A stretch of DNA of 47,413 bases. Origin: an uncultured Muribaculaceae bacterium (GTDB lineage Bacteria; Bacillota_I; Bacilli_A; RF39; UBA660). Positions 36,900 through 46,822 of this stretch are shown one piece after another. The stretch is taken from positions 1 through 47,413 of the forward strand of contig CAZJKO010000005.1 of the NCBI GenBank assembly GCA_964546995.1, given 5' to 3'. The notes below the pieces were generated by a model, which was given only the letters and a program-made list of their open reading frames with translations, did no database searches and was not told the DNA's origin. Position numbers and translations under genes: made by a program. Each line of letters opens with the position of its first letter. The first letter of the stretch is position 1.

Positions 36900-38976
36900 T
36901 TCTTCCCTTCTCTAATTTTATTTTTTTCGTAAAGAGATCTTGATTGTGAAACCGATGAGAAATCACAATAATCGTTTTTCCTTTTAAATAAGTAAATATA
37001 TTTTTTAAAATGAGTCGTTCCATGGTGACATCTAGTTCATTTAAACTTTCATCAAAAATATAAATATCGCTTTCTTTTAAAAGGGCTCTTGCTAAAATGA
37101 TTCTCTGTCGTTCCCCACCACTTAAATTGTTCCCGTTTTCTTCTATTTCTTTCTCGTAGAGAACGGTTGAATTTTTTACGATCGCATCGACTTTCATTAA
37201 TTGACATACGTTTAAAAATTCATCGTACGAAATCTCACGATCTAGGGTTATGTTTTGATAGACAGTTCCCGTAAATAAGCCTTCTTTTTGAGATACATAA
37301 GTGATGCGATCTCTAATATTTTCTAAATGATATAGATTCACATCGCGTTTTCCAATCCAGATTTGATTTGGTTTTACAGGATAGTAACGTAACAGCAATT
37401 TCACAAGCGTACTTTTCCCACTTCCCGATTCTCCGTATAACAACAGTCTTATCCCTTTTGGTATTTTTAAGTTGATATCTTTTAAGCATGGTTCTATGTC
37501 ATTATGGGAAAATTGTAAATGTGAAATTTCAATATCTTCATTTAATGAAAGATGCTGGTACTGGTAGTTAAGGGAAAAGTTTTCGCGTTTTATTTGAAAG
37601 AATTCATCTAGTCTTTTGACCGTTACCTTAAATGAGGAAACATCAAATAGTAATAATGCGATATTTTCGATCGCTATAAATAGATACGAATAAATACTTT
37701 GAAGAGTGATCAATTTTCCTATGGTCATTTTCTTTTCCAAACATAAGTGAGCGCCTAGACATAGGATTACAATTTCACTCCATTTTTTTAGTGTACTTGT
37801 CCAAAAAAATCGTCTTGTTTGAACGTGATGGATATTTTTTTGTTTTATCTTGAGGTCTTCTAATTTTTCTTGAAAATCATCCATCTTTTTTTCCTCTAGA
37901 TGTAGATGTTTAATGCTAGCTAGATAGGTTAACGATTCTGTTAAGAAAGAAGAAAACACTCCCTCTTCGATTCGCTCGCGGGTGATTTCTTTTTCTTCTG
38001 TTTTTTTAAATAGCAATACTACCATGATAAAGATACTAAGAAAGAACAGGAAAAAGAAAAGAAATATCGGAGATAATACACCGATGATGAAGCTTGATGC
38101 AATAAGTAAAGGAACATCCATAAAAAGAACGTTACCTAACTTTAGTAAAAAGGATCCTACGATGGAGGCATCTTGTAGTCTCGCGACAACTTCTCCTGTC
38201 GTTTTGTTCTTATAGAAGGAAAACGGAAGTAAGACAATTTGTTGATACACTTTTTCCATTAATTTGTTATTTATTTTTTGAGCGAAAGGAAAGACAAGGC
38301 GATTTTTTAACGATTGGCTACGATGATAAAAAAGAGTCAATATAAGGAAAGTACATCCTATCGATATTAGATTTTCTCTACTTTCACCAACGATTCCCCA
38401 TTCTAACATGATTTTGAAGAAAAACGATAAGACAATACCGATTCCAGTTATGATTATCGAAAGGCCTAATAAGGTTCCCAAGGTACGCCATTCTTCTTTT
38501 ATGATAGCACTAAGATAAGGTAATAAATAGGGTTCTTCTAGATAATAAGGAAGGGGTTTTACGGGTTTAAAACAAAGATAGCGATCTGTTTTTATCTTCT
38601 CAAAATCACTATTCGGCATTCGGATTAGTCCTCTGGCAGGATCGGCTACTATGAGATATTTCTTTCGTTTATTTATTTCGTGAATAACGACAAAGTGTGT
38701 CCTTCGTTCCTTTGTAATCACATGGGCAATACAAGGAAGTGTGTCATTTGTCAATTCTTCATAAGGACCTTTTATTCCTTTTCCTTCTAAACCTATTTTT
38801 GAAGCTACTTGTATTAGGGCGTAGGCTGTGGTTCCTTCTTTCGTCACAGAAACCCATTCTTTTAATTTTGAATTTGGAATGTTTCCTTTATAACTTTTAA
38901 TGATGGTTGCAAGGGAAGCGATACCACAGTCTTTTTTTTCATCTTGTCTTACACATGGAAATTTGTGTATCAACAT
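36823..38976 (-). CDS. Peptidase C39-containing ABC transporter (PCAT, SunT/ComA-like)
   Basis: Q....DCG, HFVV and ADP catalytic motifs; TM domain; GESGSGKST, LSGGERQR, FDE, SHR. Confidence 0.95.
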   Translation of the reverse strand: MLIHKFPCVRQDEKKDCGIASLATIIKSYKGNIPNSKLKEWVSVTKEGTTAYALIQVASKIGLEGKGIKGPYEELTNDTLPCIAHVITKERRTHFVVIHEINKRKKYLIVADPARGLIRMPNSDFEKIKTDRYLCFKPVKPLPYYLEEPYLLPYLSAIIKEEWRTLGTLLGLSIIITGIGIVLSFFFKIMLEWGIVGESRENLISIGCTFLILTLFYHRSQSLKNRLVFPFAQKINNKLMEKVYQQIVLLPFSFYKNKTTGEVVARLQDASIVGSFLLKLGNVLFMDVPLLIASSFIIGVLSPIFLFFFLFFLSIFIMVVLLFKKTEEKEITRERIEEGVFSSFLTESLTYLASIKHLHLEEKKMDDFQEKLEDLKIKQKNIHHVQTRRFFWTSTLKKWSEIVILCLGAHLCLEKKMTIGKLITLQSIYSYLFIAIENIALLLFDVSSFKVTVKRLDEFFQIKRENFSLNYQYQHLSLNEDIEISHLQFSHNDIEPCLKDINLKIPKGIRLLLYGESGSGKSTLVKLLLRYYPVKPNQIWIGKRDVNLYHLENIRDRITYVSQKEGLFTGTVYQNITLDREISYDEFLNVCQLMKVDAIVKNSTVLYEKEIEENGNNLSGGERQRIILARALLKESDIYIFDESLNELDVTMERLILKNIFTYLKGKTIIVISHRFHNQDLFTKKIKLEKGRIVHDHVYISKKLQEENSRRKATSPC

Positions 38977-39127
38977 TTCTCACCTCCTAATCTATTATTC
39001 AAATGAACTTCAAAAAAATTAACAAAGAAATGATTTTTTCCTTATTTTTAAAGTTCTTTATCGAGTAGATTGACAAAAATCGGGAATACTATTTTTGTGT
39101 AATAAACTTAAAATGGGAGGAAAAGAA

Positions 39128-39565
39128 ATGAAACTAGAAAGAATAAGGAACTTGCGGGAAGATCACGATCTAACACAAGAAGAAATGGCAGCGATTTTAG
39201 GGGTGAAACGCTCTACTTATGCGATGTGGGAATTGGGTGATATTTATTTTCCAATTAAGATATTAATTGAAATTAAAGAAAAATTCCATACCAATATCGA
39301 CTACTTGCTCGGTTTATCACAAGATAGAGATTACATTCCTACAATGCCCGAATTCACGTTAAAAAAATTAGGGCAAAATATGAAATCTTTTCGTCTTTCA
39401 CAACGCATGTCTCAAAAAGAATTTGGAGAAAAACTAGGTTTAAATCAATCTGCTTATGCATACTATGAATATGGATATTCGCAAATGACGACGAAAAGAC
39501 TCATTCAATTAGGTACTGTCTTTGATGTTTCGATCGACTGGTTATGTTCGCAACATAAAAACTAA
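39128..39565 (+). CDS. Tandem double-HTH XRE regulator, divergent from the PCAT operon
   Basis: Two HTH_3 repeats (RIRNLREDHDLTQ.. and NMKSFRLSQRMSQ..); GGAGG SD before ATG 39128. Confidence 0.9.
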   Translation: MKLERIRNLREDHDLTQEEMAAILGVKRSTYAMWELGDIYFPIKILIEIKEKFHTNIDYLLGLSQDRDYIPTMPEFTLKKLGQNMKSFRLSQRMSQKEFGEKLGLNQSAYAYYEYGYSQMTTKRLIQLGTVFDVSIDWLCSQHKN

Positions 39566-39704
39566 TGAATGATTGTTTGGTAAGAGCATAGAAGATCCTA
39601 TGCCTTTCTTTTTGCTCTTATCAAATTTCTTAAATTTACGAATTTCATCTTGAATATTTCCTATAACTAGTGTATAATTCTAATTGGCTTCGTTATTTTA
39701 TTTT

Positions 39705-39781
39705 GTCTACGTAGCTCAGTTGGATAGAGCAATCGCCTTCTAAGCGATCGGTCGTTGGTTCGAATCCAATCGTGGACACCA
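39705..39781 (+). tRNA. tRNA-Arg(TCT)
   Basis: GTCTACG/CGTGGAC acceptor stem, ATCGC-CTTCTAA-GCGAT anticodon arm, GTTCGAATCC, CCA; TTGAAT-17-TATAAT promoter upstream. Confidence 0.97.
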
Positions 39782-39818
39782 GCTTAATAAAAACTTGGGG
39801 AATATTTCCCAGGATTAG

Positions 39819-39847
39819 AAGGCGACTTATTTCAGGTCGCTTTTTTC
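39819..39847 (+). terminator. Terminator after tRNA-Arg
   Basis: GGCGACTT-ATTTC-AGGTCGCT hairpin followed by T tract. Confidence 0.75.
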
Positions 39848-40040
39848 ATTATAAAACTCGAATCTCTATTGAAATTCGAGTTTTATTTTTATATCGATTT
39901 TTCTATTCTTTGATCCTCTTCGTACATCTTACTTTTTCTTACTTCTTCTTTACATCGATTGTCATGTTCTATTAACAATTCCCAAATTTTCATGCCCTTC
40001 CCCATCCATTTATGTATTTATTATATCATACATTGTTTTA

Positions 40041-40997
40041 CTATTTTTGAGGAAATAATAATTCATTCATTTCTGATAGTATCTCTTCTCCATTTACTTT
40101 TAGCACTAAACGATCGACATCATAATTATCAAATACCGAATAAGAGATGGTATATACGACTTCCTCTAATACTTGGTTTTCTTTAGTAAAAATGGCATCA
40201 TTAAAGTTTAGAACCATTTCGTTATCTTCTATTCGATAATCCAACAGTTTGGTATCTTGATTTAAGAAACTCATCAAATTGGGTTCATAGATATAATTCG
40301 TTGTTAAATTATCGATAATGATTCGTATTTTATCTCGTGAATCATTTACATATTTCGTTACAGGTACGTAGTATGTATTCTCTTGTTCTTCTTCTAAATA
40401 ATAGATTGTTACTTTACTAATTCCATTCCTATTATTCAAGTCATACACTTTATTAATTCCTAATTCTTTGGTCAAAGGAAAGGGTAAGTTTTTTTTCGTT
40501 TTTGGTAGTGTTCTTAGTGCTTCTTTTTCAATGGTTAGTTGTAATCCTTTGACGCCTTTTAATTCTAAAATACTATAAGTAAGTGCTTCGACAGCAGTTT
40601 CTTCTAATTCTTTGTCTATTTCAAAAAAGGCTTTCGAAAGATCGAGGGTAACGATTCCTTCATCATAATTGACATTTAGAACCGTTAAATTTTGGGGTAA
40701 GAAACTTCTAAGCGAAGATGGCATTTTACTATTCTTTCCTTCTTTTAACGTTTCTACTAATTGTTTTACTTTTTCTTCTATTTTGTCACTATCTAAGAGA
40801 ATTTTTGTTTTTACAAGAAATCCTCGATTATTTAATAGATAAATATTATCGGTTCCTAACCCTGTGATATATTCTAGTTCTAACGAGGTATTTAGTTCTT
40901 TTTCTTTTTCTTTAACAGGAATCAAATAAATCACCAATAAAATACATACTGTTACTGTCGTAATGAACATTTTCCGTAATGCTTTTTTTCTTAACAC
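40041..40997 (-). CDS. gerM: GerM-like protein (two GerMN domains)
   Basis: N-terminal TM, VTLDLS..F, ALTYSILEL.GV..LQL.I, YYVPVT, LNFN, V.LKVNGE. Confidence 0.85.
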   Translation of the reverse strand: MLRKKALRKMFITTVTVCILLVIYLIPVKEKEKELNTSLELEYITGLGTDNIYLLNNRGFLVKTKILLDSDKIEEKVKQLVETLKEGKNSKMPSSLRSFLPQNLTVLNVNYDEGIVTLDLSKAFFEIDKELEETAVEALTYSILELKGVKGLQLTIEKEALRTLPKTKKNLPFPLTKELGINKVYDLNNRNGISKVTIYYLEEEQENTYYVPVTKYVNDSRDKIRIIIDNLTTNYIYEPNLMSFLNQDTKLLDYRIEDNEMVLNFNDAIFTKENQVLEEVVYTISYSVFDNYDVDRLVLKVNGEEILSEMNELLFPQK

Positions 40998-41048
40998 TCT
41001 TCTTCACCTATTTCTACCATATGAAAAGCCGTACTTTTTTAGTACGAC

Positions 41049-41255
41049 TTATAGTGATATTTCTTTTAATTTTAAAAGTTCTACTACTGCTCCAGCACGG
41101 CCTTTAACACCTAATTTTTGCATCACATTCGAAATGTGGTTACGTACTGTTTTTTCACTAATTTTTAGTATTTCGGCAATTTCTCTTGTCGATTTATTTA
41201 AAACAAGAAGATCGAACACTTCTTTTTCTCGTGTCGTTAAAATTCCCATTTTCAC
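41049..41255 (-). CDS. gerE: Spore coat/germination regulator GerE (LuxR HTH)
   Basis: LTTREKEVFDLLV...ISEKTVRNHISNVMQKLGVKGRAGAVVELL closely matches Bacillus GerE. Confidence 0.9.
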   Translation of the reverse strand: MKMGILTTREKEVFDLLVLNKSTREIAEILKISEKTVRNHISNVMQKLGVKGRAGAVVELLKLKEISL

Positions 41256-41348
41256 TTTTTCACGCTTCCTTTCCCTTTTTACGATTACTCATAGTATTCT
41301 ATGAATATAAGAGATTTGGTTGCGTGTATTCGCCTAAAAAAGAAAAGT

Positions 41349-41882
41349 TTACTTTTCAAAACGGACAGTAATGTACATTTTTTCTGTAAACTCTTCTTGA
41401 ACCGTTCTCATGATATTATTTGCTAAAGAATTGTTGTGTTCTTTGGATGAGATGACGACTTTTACTTGATTGTTTTCTACTTTTACAAAACTATCAAGGG
41501 CATAAGTTTTTTTAATTTTGGATTCTAGTTTTTCTTCTGTTCCTTGTAGTTGTGTTAAATACCTTAATTGTTCATAGGCGTTATTCTTTTCTTCTGATCC
41601 AGTTTCTTGATCGGTCAATGTTTTTTGCAATTCTTCGCGCATGGTAAGACGTTCTTCTTCTAGACTTACTCTCATTGCCGTTAAGGTTTCACTTTCTCTA
41701 ATGGTCACTTGGGCATTGTTTTCTACTTCCTTTTCGACCGATTGTTCCTTCTTTTTTTCTTTGTTTTGATAAACGTTATTGTTTGTTAGCAATAATTCGT
41801 TTGGCATAGTAATGTAATATACACTCAACACTAATATTAAACTGAACAAGGTTAAAAACCACAAACTTTGTTTATTGATCAC
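41349..41882 (-). CDS. spoIIIAH: Stage III sporulation protein AH
   Basis: KQSLWFLTLFSLILVLSVYYITMP N-terminus, R..LEEER, EKNNAY; GTG start at 41882. Confidence 0.85.
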   Translation of the reverse strand: MINKQSLWFLTLFSLILVLSVYYITMPNELLLTNNNVYQNKEKKKEQSVEKEVENNAQVTIRESETLTAMRVSLEEERLTMREELQKTLTDQETGSEEKNNAYEQLRYLTQLQGTEEKLESKIKKTYALDSFVKVENNQVKVVISSKEHNNSLANNIMRTVQEEFTEKMYITVRFEK

Positions 41883-41903
41883 TTTATCCCTCTTTTCTAA
41901 TAT

Positions 41904-41930
41904 ACTATATGGGCAAAATGATACAATTAT
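41904..41930 (-). promoter_or_regulatory. Candidate sigma-E promoter of spoIIIAH
   Basis: ATA-16 bp-CATATAGT. Confidence 0.45.
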
Positions 41931-41966
41931 CACAAATAATTGATGAAAAAGAAAAAAAGCATAATA

Positions 41967-42524
41967 TTATGCTTTCGATACGTATTTTCCATCTTTCGTT
42001 GAGATGATTACACGATCATCTTGGTTTACAAATAGTGGTACTTTAATGACCATTCCCGTCTCTAGCGTTGCATCTTTCATCGCACTAGAAGTGGTATTTC
42101 CTCTTACACCTGGTTCTGTCGCAGTAATTTGCATTTCAATTTTATCTGGAAGATTCATTCCTAACATTTCTCCTTCGTAGAAGACGATTTCTACTTCTAG
42201 GTTTTCTTTTAAGAATTTGGTGTCATCCCCTAAAGAAGATTTGTTTAATTCGATTTGTTCGTAATCGTTCATATTCATAAAATAGTAAGTATCTCCCATT
42301 GCATAGAGAAACTGCATTGGTTTTTTATCGATATGAGCGGTTTCTACTTTTACACCAGCATTGAATGTATTGTCGATGGTTGCACCTGTTCTTAAATTTT
42401 TTAATTTGGTACGAACAAAAGCAGGTCCCTTTCCAGGTTTTACATGTTGGAACTCGATAATCGTAAATAAATTATTATCGATCTTGATGGTCATTCCGTT
42501 TTTAAATTCATTGGTACTAATCAT
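41967..42524 (-). CDS. efp: Elongation factor P
   Basis: QHVKPGKGPAFVR, TEPGVRGNT, VPLFV. Confidence 0.98.
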   Translation of the reverse strand: MISTNEFKNGMTIKIDNNLFTIIEFQHVKPGKGPAFVRTKLKNLRTGATIDNTFNAGVKVETAHIDKKPMQFLYAMGDTYYFMNMNDYEQIELNKSSLGDDTKFLKENLEVEIVFYEGEMLGMNLPDKIEMQITATEPGVRGNTTSSAMKDATLETGMVIKVPLFVNQDDRVIISTKDGKYVSKA

Positions 42525-42570
42525 TTTTTATCGATCCTTTCCTTAATGATAAAAGAAAAATAAGGATGCC

Positions 42571-42735
42571 TTATTTCTTCTCTTTGTGTACAGTGTGTTT
42601 TCTACATCTAGGACAATAGCGATTTAATTCTAGACGGTCTGTTGTATTTTTTACATTTCTTTCATCACGATAGTTTTCTTCATTACAAACAGTACAAACT
42701 AACGTTTTATTTTGACGATTTCCGACTTTTGCCAT
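42571..42735 (-). CDS. rpmG: 50S ribosomal protein L33 (zinc-binding form)
   Basis: LVCTVC..ENY, RLEL.RYCPRCRKHTVHKE; start behind GGAGG. Confidence 0.95.
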   Translation of the reverse strand: MAKVGNRQNKTLVCTVCNEENYRDERNVKNTTDRLELNRYCPRCRKHTVHKEKK

Positions 42736-42821
42736 TTTAATCCCTCCCTCATGTCTATTAGCATTATAACAGAAAAATGCCAAAATGCCAAAACTTTTTT
42801 CGAATTTATAAGAATTTTATG

Positions 42822-44882
42822 TTAATCGATGGGATACAGATTGAAAAAAGAATCGGTTGCACGTTTGGTGATCCGTTTGGTTGCTAATGATAAAAAGTCG
42901 ATATTACTTACATAGGAAATATCGGGGCTTGTTACGACGATACTCATTTTTGGGGTATCACTTGGAGCATATCCGATAAATGCTGTAGAGGTAGTCGGGG
43001 TATCGATGATGCCATCTTGATTAGTATCTAAGAAACTTTCGCTCGTTCCTGTCTTACCACTACCATCGTATTCTTTACTGATGTATCCGACCCCTAATCC
43101 GTATGGTGCATGCATGACATGATAGAATCCTTGGCGTACGCGATTCATGTATTCTTCTTTGGTAGATACCGTATTTAAGACCGTTGGGGTAATTTCTTCT
43201 ATTAAGGTTCCTATTTCTTCGGTATCACTGTATGAGCGAATCTCTTTTAAGAGATGAGGTTTTAATCTCGATCCTTTGTTGGCCAGTGTTGAGATATACT
43301 GAGAAAGTTGAATTGGCGTATAGGTATCGTACTGTCCCATCGAAAAATCTAAAAGGTGTCCTGGCAAGGTCGAATCACCATGGTAGCCTAAACTCTCTAT
43401 GGGTAGATCAATTTCCGTTTTTACGCCTAAACCGAACTGTTCATACATATTCCGATAAATATCAAATGCTTCTTTATCTAGTTCTAGTGGTCCATCGTAT
43501 TGATAAATTCCTTTTCCTACACGCATCGCAATTTTAAACTGATACACATTACTCGATAGGGCTAGAGCATCTAAATCGTTAATTCTTCCTAATGTTTTCC
43601 ATGAACATTTTTTAGGAGTCGAAGCAATTTTGATACATTCATCTTGCATGTACTCTCCTATTTTTAATACACCCGTATCGTAACCTACTAACATCGAAGC
43701 ACCTTTTACGACACTTCCTACTGTCATGGGAGAAGTTAATATTCCTGGTGTATAATCGTAGATTTGATATTCCCCATTTTTTCGCACGGCTTGCTTTCCA
43801 CTCATCGCTAAGATTTCTCCTGTGTTAGGGTCTTGGATGATAATGAAACTGTGATTATAGTATTTGGTATTTAACTGACGTTTGGTATACAGAATCTCTT
43901 CTTCTAAAATTCTTTCAATTTCTTGCTGTAATTCAATATCGATCGTTAGTACAATATCTTGTCCTCTATGGCCTTTTTCTACTAATTCTTTCTTTTTGCT
44001 ACTTACCACTCGATAGACATCTTTTTTTCCTTTTAAAAGGGATTCATATTGTAATTCTAAATAACTGATTCCGACGCGATCATTTAGGGCATATCCATTA
44101 CGTAAATACTCTTCTTTTTTTTCTTTTGGTAATCCTTGATCTTCACTAGAGACCATTCCTAAAATCGTTTTAAACGTATCGTTATACAAATATACTCTTT
44201 CCCAATCTAGTTTTGGAGAAAAGCCTTGATATTCGTCGATATGTTCCGCAACAAAAGCGTATTCTTCATCCGTCGCTCCTACTTTGATGACTTTTTCATC
44301 GTAGGAATATCCTCTATTCATTAAATAATATAGGTATGCAGCTTTTAAATCACGTTCAGAAAGAGAGGCTATTTCTTCTTCGGTGATTCGCATCCGCTTT
44401 AAATTTTCAATGTCGTTTAGCGTCAATTCCCTTCGATCTAATTTTTCCCATTCTTCTTTGGTAATCTTTGTTTTGACAAGATCTTTCTCTTTGACTAACA
44501 GAAAATCTTTTACGTTTCTTTCTGATAATTTCGTTACATCCAAATCCATTCGAGTACTCAAATCGTATGCGATGGCTATTTCCTGTTCACTCGATACTTT
44601 TTTGGGTTTTTGATATACAATTTTTTTAATTGCTTGGTTATCTACTAATAAACGATAGTTCCTATCGTAAATTCTTCCTCTTGGTGCACTAGTTCCTTCT
44701 GTTTTTACATCGATTAACGTCAATAGTTTTTCACGAAAAAATTCGTTTTGAATCATCATGACGTAGTAAAGTTCAACAAATAATATTAAAAACAAGCATC
44801 CTAACAATCCTTTTATGATCAAGTATCGTTTTTTTGTCGTTTGATTCAAATCGTTTTTTTGGTCTATTTTTCTTTTTTTCAT
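42822..44882 (-). CDS. Class B penicillin-binding protein (PBP2A-like)
   Basis: APRGRIYDRN, GISYLE.QYE, GSVVK (SxxK), SSN, KTGT. Confidence 0.93.
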   Translation of the reverse strand: MKKRKIDQKNDLNQTTKKRYLIIKGLLGCLFLILFVELYYVMMIQNEFFREKLLTLIDVKTEGTSAPRGRIYDRNYRLLVDNQAIKKIVYQKPKKVSSEQEIAIAYDLSTRMDLDVTKLSERNVKDFLLVKEKDLVKTKITKEEWEKLDRRELTLNDIENLKRMRITEEEIASLSERDLKAAYLYYLMNRGYSYDEKVIKVGATDEEYAFVAEHIDEYQGFSPKLDWERVYLYNDTFKTILGMVSSEDQGLPKEKKEEYLRNGYALNDRVGISYLELQYESLLKGKKDVYRVVSSKKKELVEKGHRGQDIVLTIDIELQQEIERILEEEILYTKRQLNTKYYNHSFIIIQDPNTGEILAMSGKQAVRKNGEYQIYDYTPGILTSPMTVGSVVKGASMLVGYDTGVLKIGEYMQDECIKIASTPKKCSWKTLGRINDLDALALSSNVYQFKIAMRVGKGIYQYDGPLELDKEAFDIYRNMYEQFGLGVKTEIDLPIESLGYHGDSTLPGHLLDFSMGQYDTYTPIQLSQYISTLANKGSRLKPHLLKEIRSYSDTEEIGTLIEEITPTVLNTVSTKEEYMNRVRQGFYHVMHAPYGLGVGYISKEYDGSGKTGTSESFLDTNQDGIIDTPTTSTAFIGYAPSDTPKMSIVVTSPDISYVSNIDFLSLATKRITKRATDSFFNLYPID

Positions 44883-44953
44883 AAAATCACCTACTGTTAG
44901 TGTGGCACATATTTTAAAAGTTATTTCATATATTGTCTTTAGGAGGATTTTTT

Positions 44954-45208
44954 ATGTACGAAAGTTTGATTAAGAGCTATATTGAATCACTTCATGTTGA
45001 GGATGTGATAGAACTTGCGAAAAAAAAACAAATCGATTTATCTTTAGAAGAAGCAACGGTTTTACTGGATATGGCGAAAAAACACTTTATGGTTTTTTAT
45101 AAAGGAGATCCAACAGAACTAATTTTAGAGCTTGAAAAAAAACTGCAACCTGATCATTTTGCCAAATTAAAAGAAATTTATATCGAGGCTAAAAATAAGT
45201 GGATGTGA
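44954..45208 (+). CDS. YqfT/DUF2624-like small sporulation protein
   Basis: AGGAGG SD; pattern I..L..EDV..LAK...I.LS.EEA; adjacent and opposite to nfo; GCACA-17-CATATATT sporulation-type promoter. Confidence 0.6.
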   Translation: MYESLIKSYIESLHVEDVIELAKKKQIDLSLEEATVLLDMAKKHFMVFYKGDPTELILELEKKLQPDHFAKLKEIYIEAKNKWM

Positions 45209-45224
45209 AAAAAGAAAATGCTTT

Positions 45225-46118
45225 TTATGAATGAGAAGCATTTTCTTTTATTGTCTCTATTAAGTTTTCGTTGAACTGTTTCTTTTTGATCATGTCGATT
45301 TCTTCTAAATAAGGTGGATATAAGCGATCGATATACGGTGTTTCTAAAATTTTAGGGATATTTTCCAACCTTTTTTCGTAGATAATCGAAAGGATAGCAT
45401 CGAAACCGATCGATCCTAAGCCAATATTTTCATGGCGATCTTTATGGGCAGATCGTTCGTTTTTGCTATCGTTTACATGGACACATTTTACATATGATAA
45501 GCCGACAATTCGATCAAAGTCATCTAATAATTGTGAGATGTTTTTGACGTCGTATCCGGCATCGTTTAAATGACAAGTATCGAGGCATACCCCTATTTTC
45601 TCTTTTTTTTCTACCCCATCGATGATTTCTTTGATTTCTTCGAATGTGCTACCTATTTCGGTTCCTTTTCCGGCCATCGTTTCTAAGAGTATGGTGACTG
45701 TACTCGTCTTTAAAATGCGGTTTAATGCTTCAACGATATTTTTAATTCCTTGCTCTTTCCCACATCCTACATGACTTCCTGGATGTAGAACCAAATACTT
45801 CATTTCCAATTGTTCACATCGTTCGATTTCCTCTTGTAAAAAGCGAATCGAAAATTCGTATTTGTCTTCTTCTTGTCGATTGGCTAAATTAACTATGTAT
45901 GGCGCATGAACGATGATTTTATCTTTATTTATTCCTTCTTTTTTCATCTGTTCTAGTGCTTCTTTGGTTTGGTTTTTATCTATTTTATATCGCGCTGTAT
46001 TTTGAGGTGCTCCTGTATAAAACATGAACGTTGTCGCTCTATACGATAACGCTTCTTTTAGACTTCCTAATAGACCTGTATCTTTCTTAAAGGATACGTG
46101 ACTTCCAATATATAACAT
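45225..46118 (-). CDS. nfo: Endonuclease IV
   Basis: IGSHVS, HAPYIVNL, HPGSH, LETMAGKG, CLDTCH, DRHENIG. Confidence 0.97.
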   Translation of the reverse strand: MLYIGSHVSFKKDTGLLGSLKEALSYRATTFMFYTGAPQNTARYKIDKNQTKEALEQMKKEGINKDKIIVHAPYIVNLANRQEEDKYEFSIRFLQEEIERCEQLEMKYLVLHPGSHVGCGKEQGIKNIVEALNRILKTSTVTILLETMAGKGTEIGSTFEEIKEIIDGVEKKEKIGVCLDTCHLNDAGYDVKNISQLLDDFDRIVGLSYVKCVHVNDSKNERSAHKDRHENIGLGSIGFDAILSIIYEKRLENIPKILETPYIDRLYPPYLEEIDMIKKKQFNENLIETIKENASHS

Positions 46119-46164
46119 AACTTCACTTCCTATTTCGGTTTAAAAAAATGCCTATTTAAGGCAT

Positions 46165-46731
46165 TTATTCGTTGGTAATATTTCCATCTGCATCTACGCG
46201 TTGAACGATACTAAATGTTTTGCCATCCCCTGTCGTAACAGTGCCCCCTACTGTTAAAGAACTAAAGGATTGGATGTTTGCTTTGTTTAGTTTCTTATAC
46301 ATAATATCTGATCGATTCATCGTTAGTTCGCTTGTCAATTTACATCCGCTTTGAGTATTATCACTTAAAGCGATGTAGTATACATATTCTGGTTTATCTG
46401 GATTGGTTCCTTGTGCAGTAATGACGATATACGAATATTCATCATCCCATTTTCCATCGAAAGAACTTACCTTTCCGCCTCGTTCTAGTTCCACGACCCC
46501 TTTACTAACGACCGTCGCTTGTCCTAGTGCTGGAAGTTGATACGTGCTTTGAATAGCTTCGTAACGTACATAACCAATAAACTCTTTCGCTGTAGCCATA
46601 AATGTATCTTTTTTCGTATTCAAAATAGTATTGTTCATACTAGGGATTGCTACTAATAATAGAACACCTAAAATAATGATTACTGCTAACAATTCAATTA
46701 GCGTAAATCCTTTCTCATTCAGTTTTTTCAT
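46165..46731 (-). CDS. Type IV pilin-like protein
   Basis: Class III signal KG|FTLIELLAVIIILGVL..VAIP. Confidence 0.92.
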   Translation of the reverse strand: MKKLNEKGFTLIELLAVIIILGVLLLVAIPSMNNTILNTKKDTFMATAKEFIGYVRYEAIQSTYQLPALGQATVVSKGVVELERGGKVSSFDGKWDDEYSYIVITAQGTNPDKPEYVYYIALSDNTQSGCKLTSELTMNRSDIMYKKLNKANIQSFSSLTVGGTVTTGDGKTFSIVQRVDADGNITNE

Positions 46732-46822
46732 GATAACGTCCTCCTATTTTCTATACAAAAATCATAACATATTTTTCGATTGTTCGTCAATAAATTCTAG
46801 CCTTAACTTTTCTCTTTCAACA

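Noticed and set aside
39705-39975. tRNA-Arg as an integration site, and ORF 39772-39975
   Set aside because: No duplicated tRNA 3' end or integrase seen; the ORF overlaps the tRNA end and terminators
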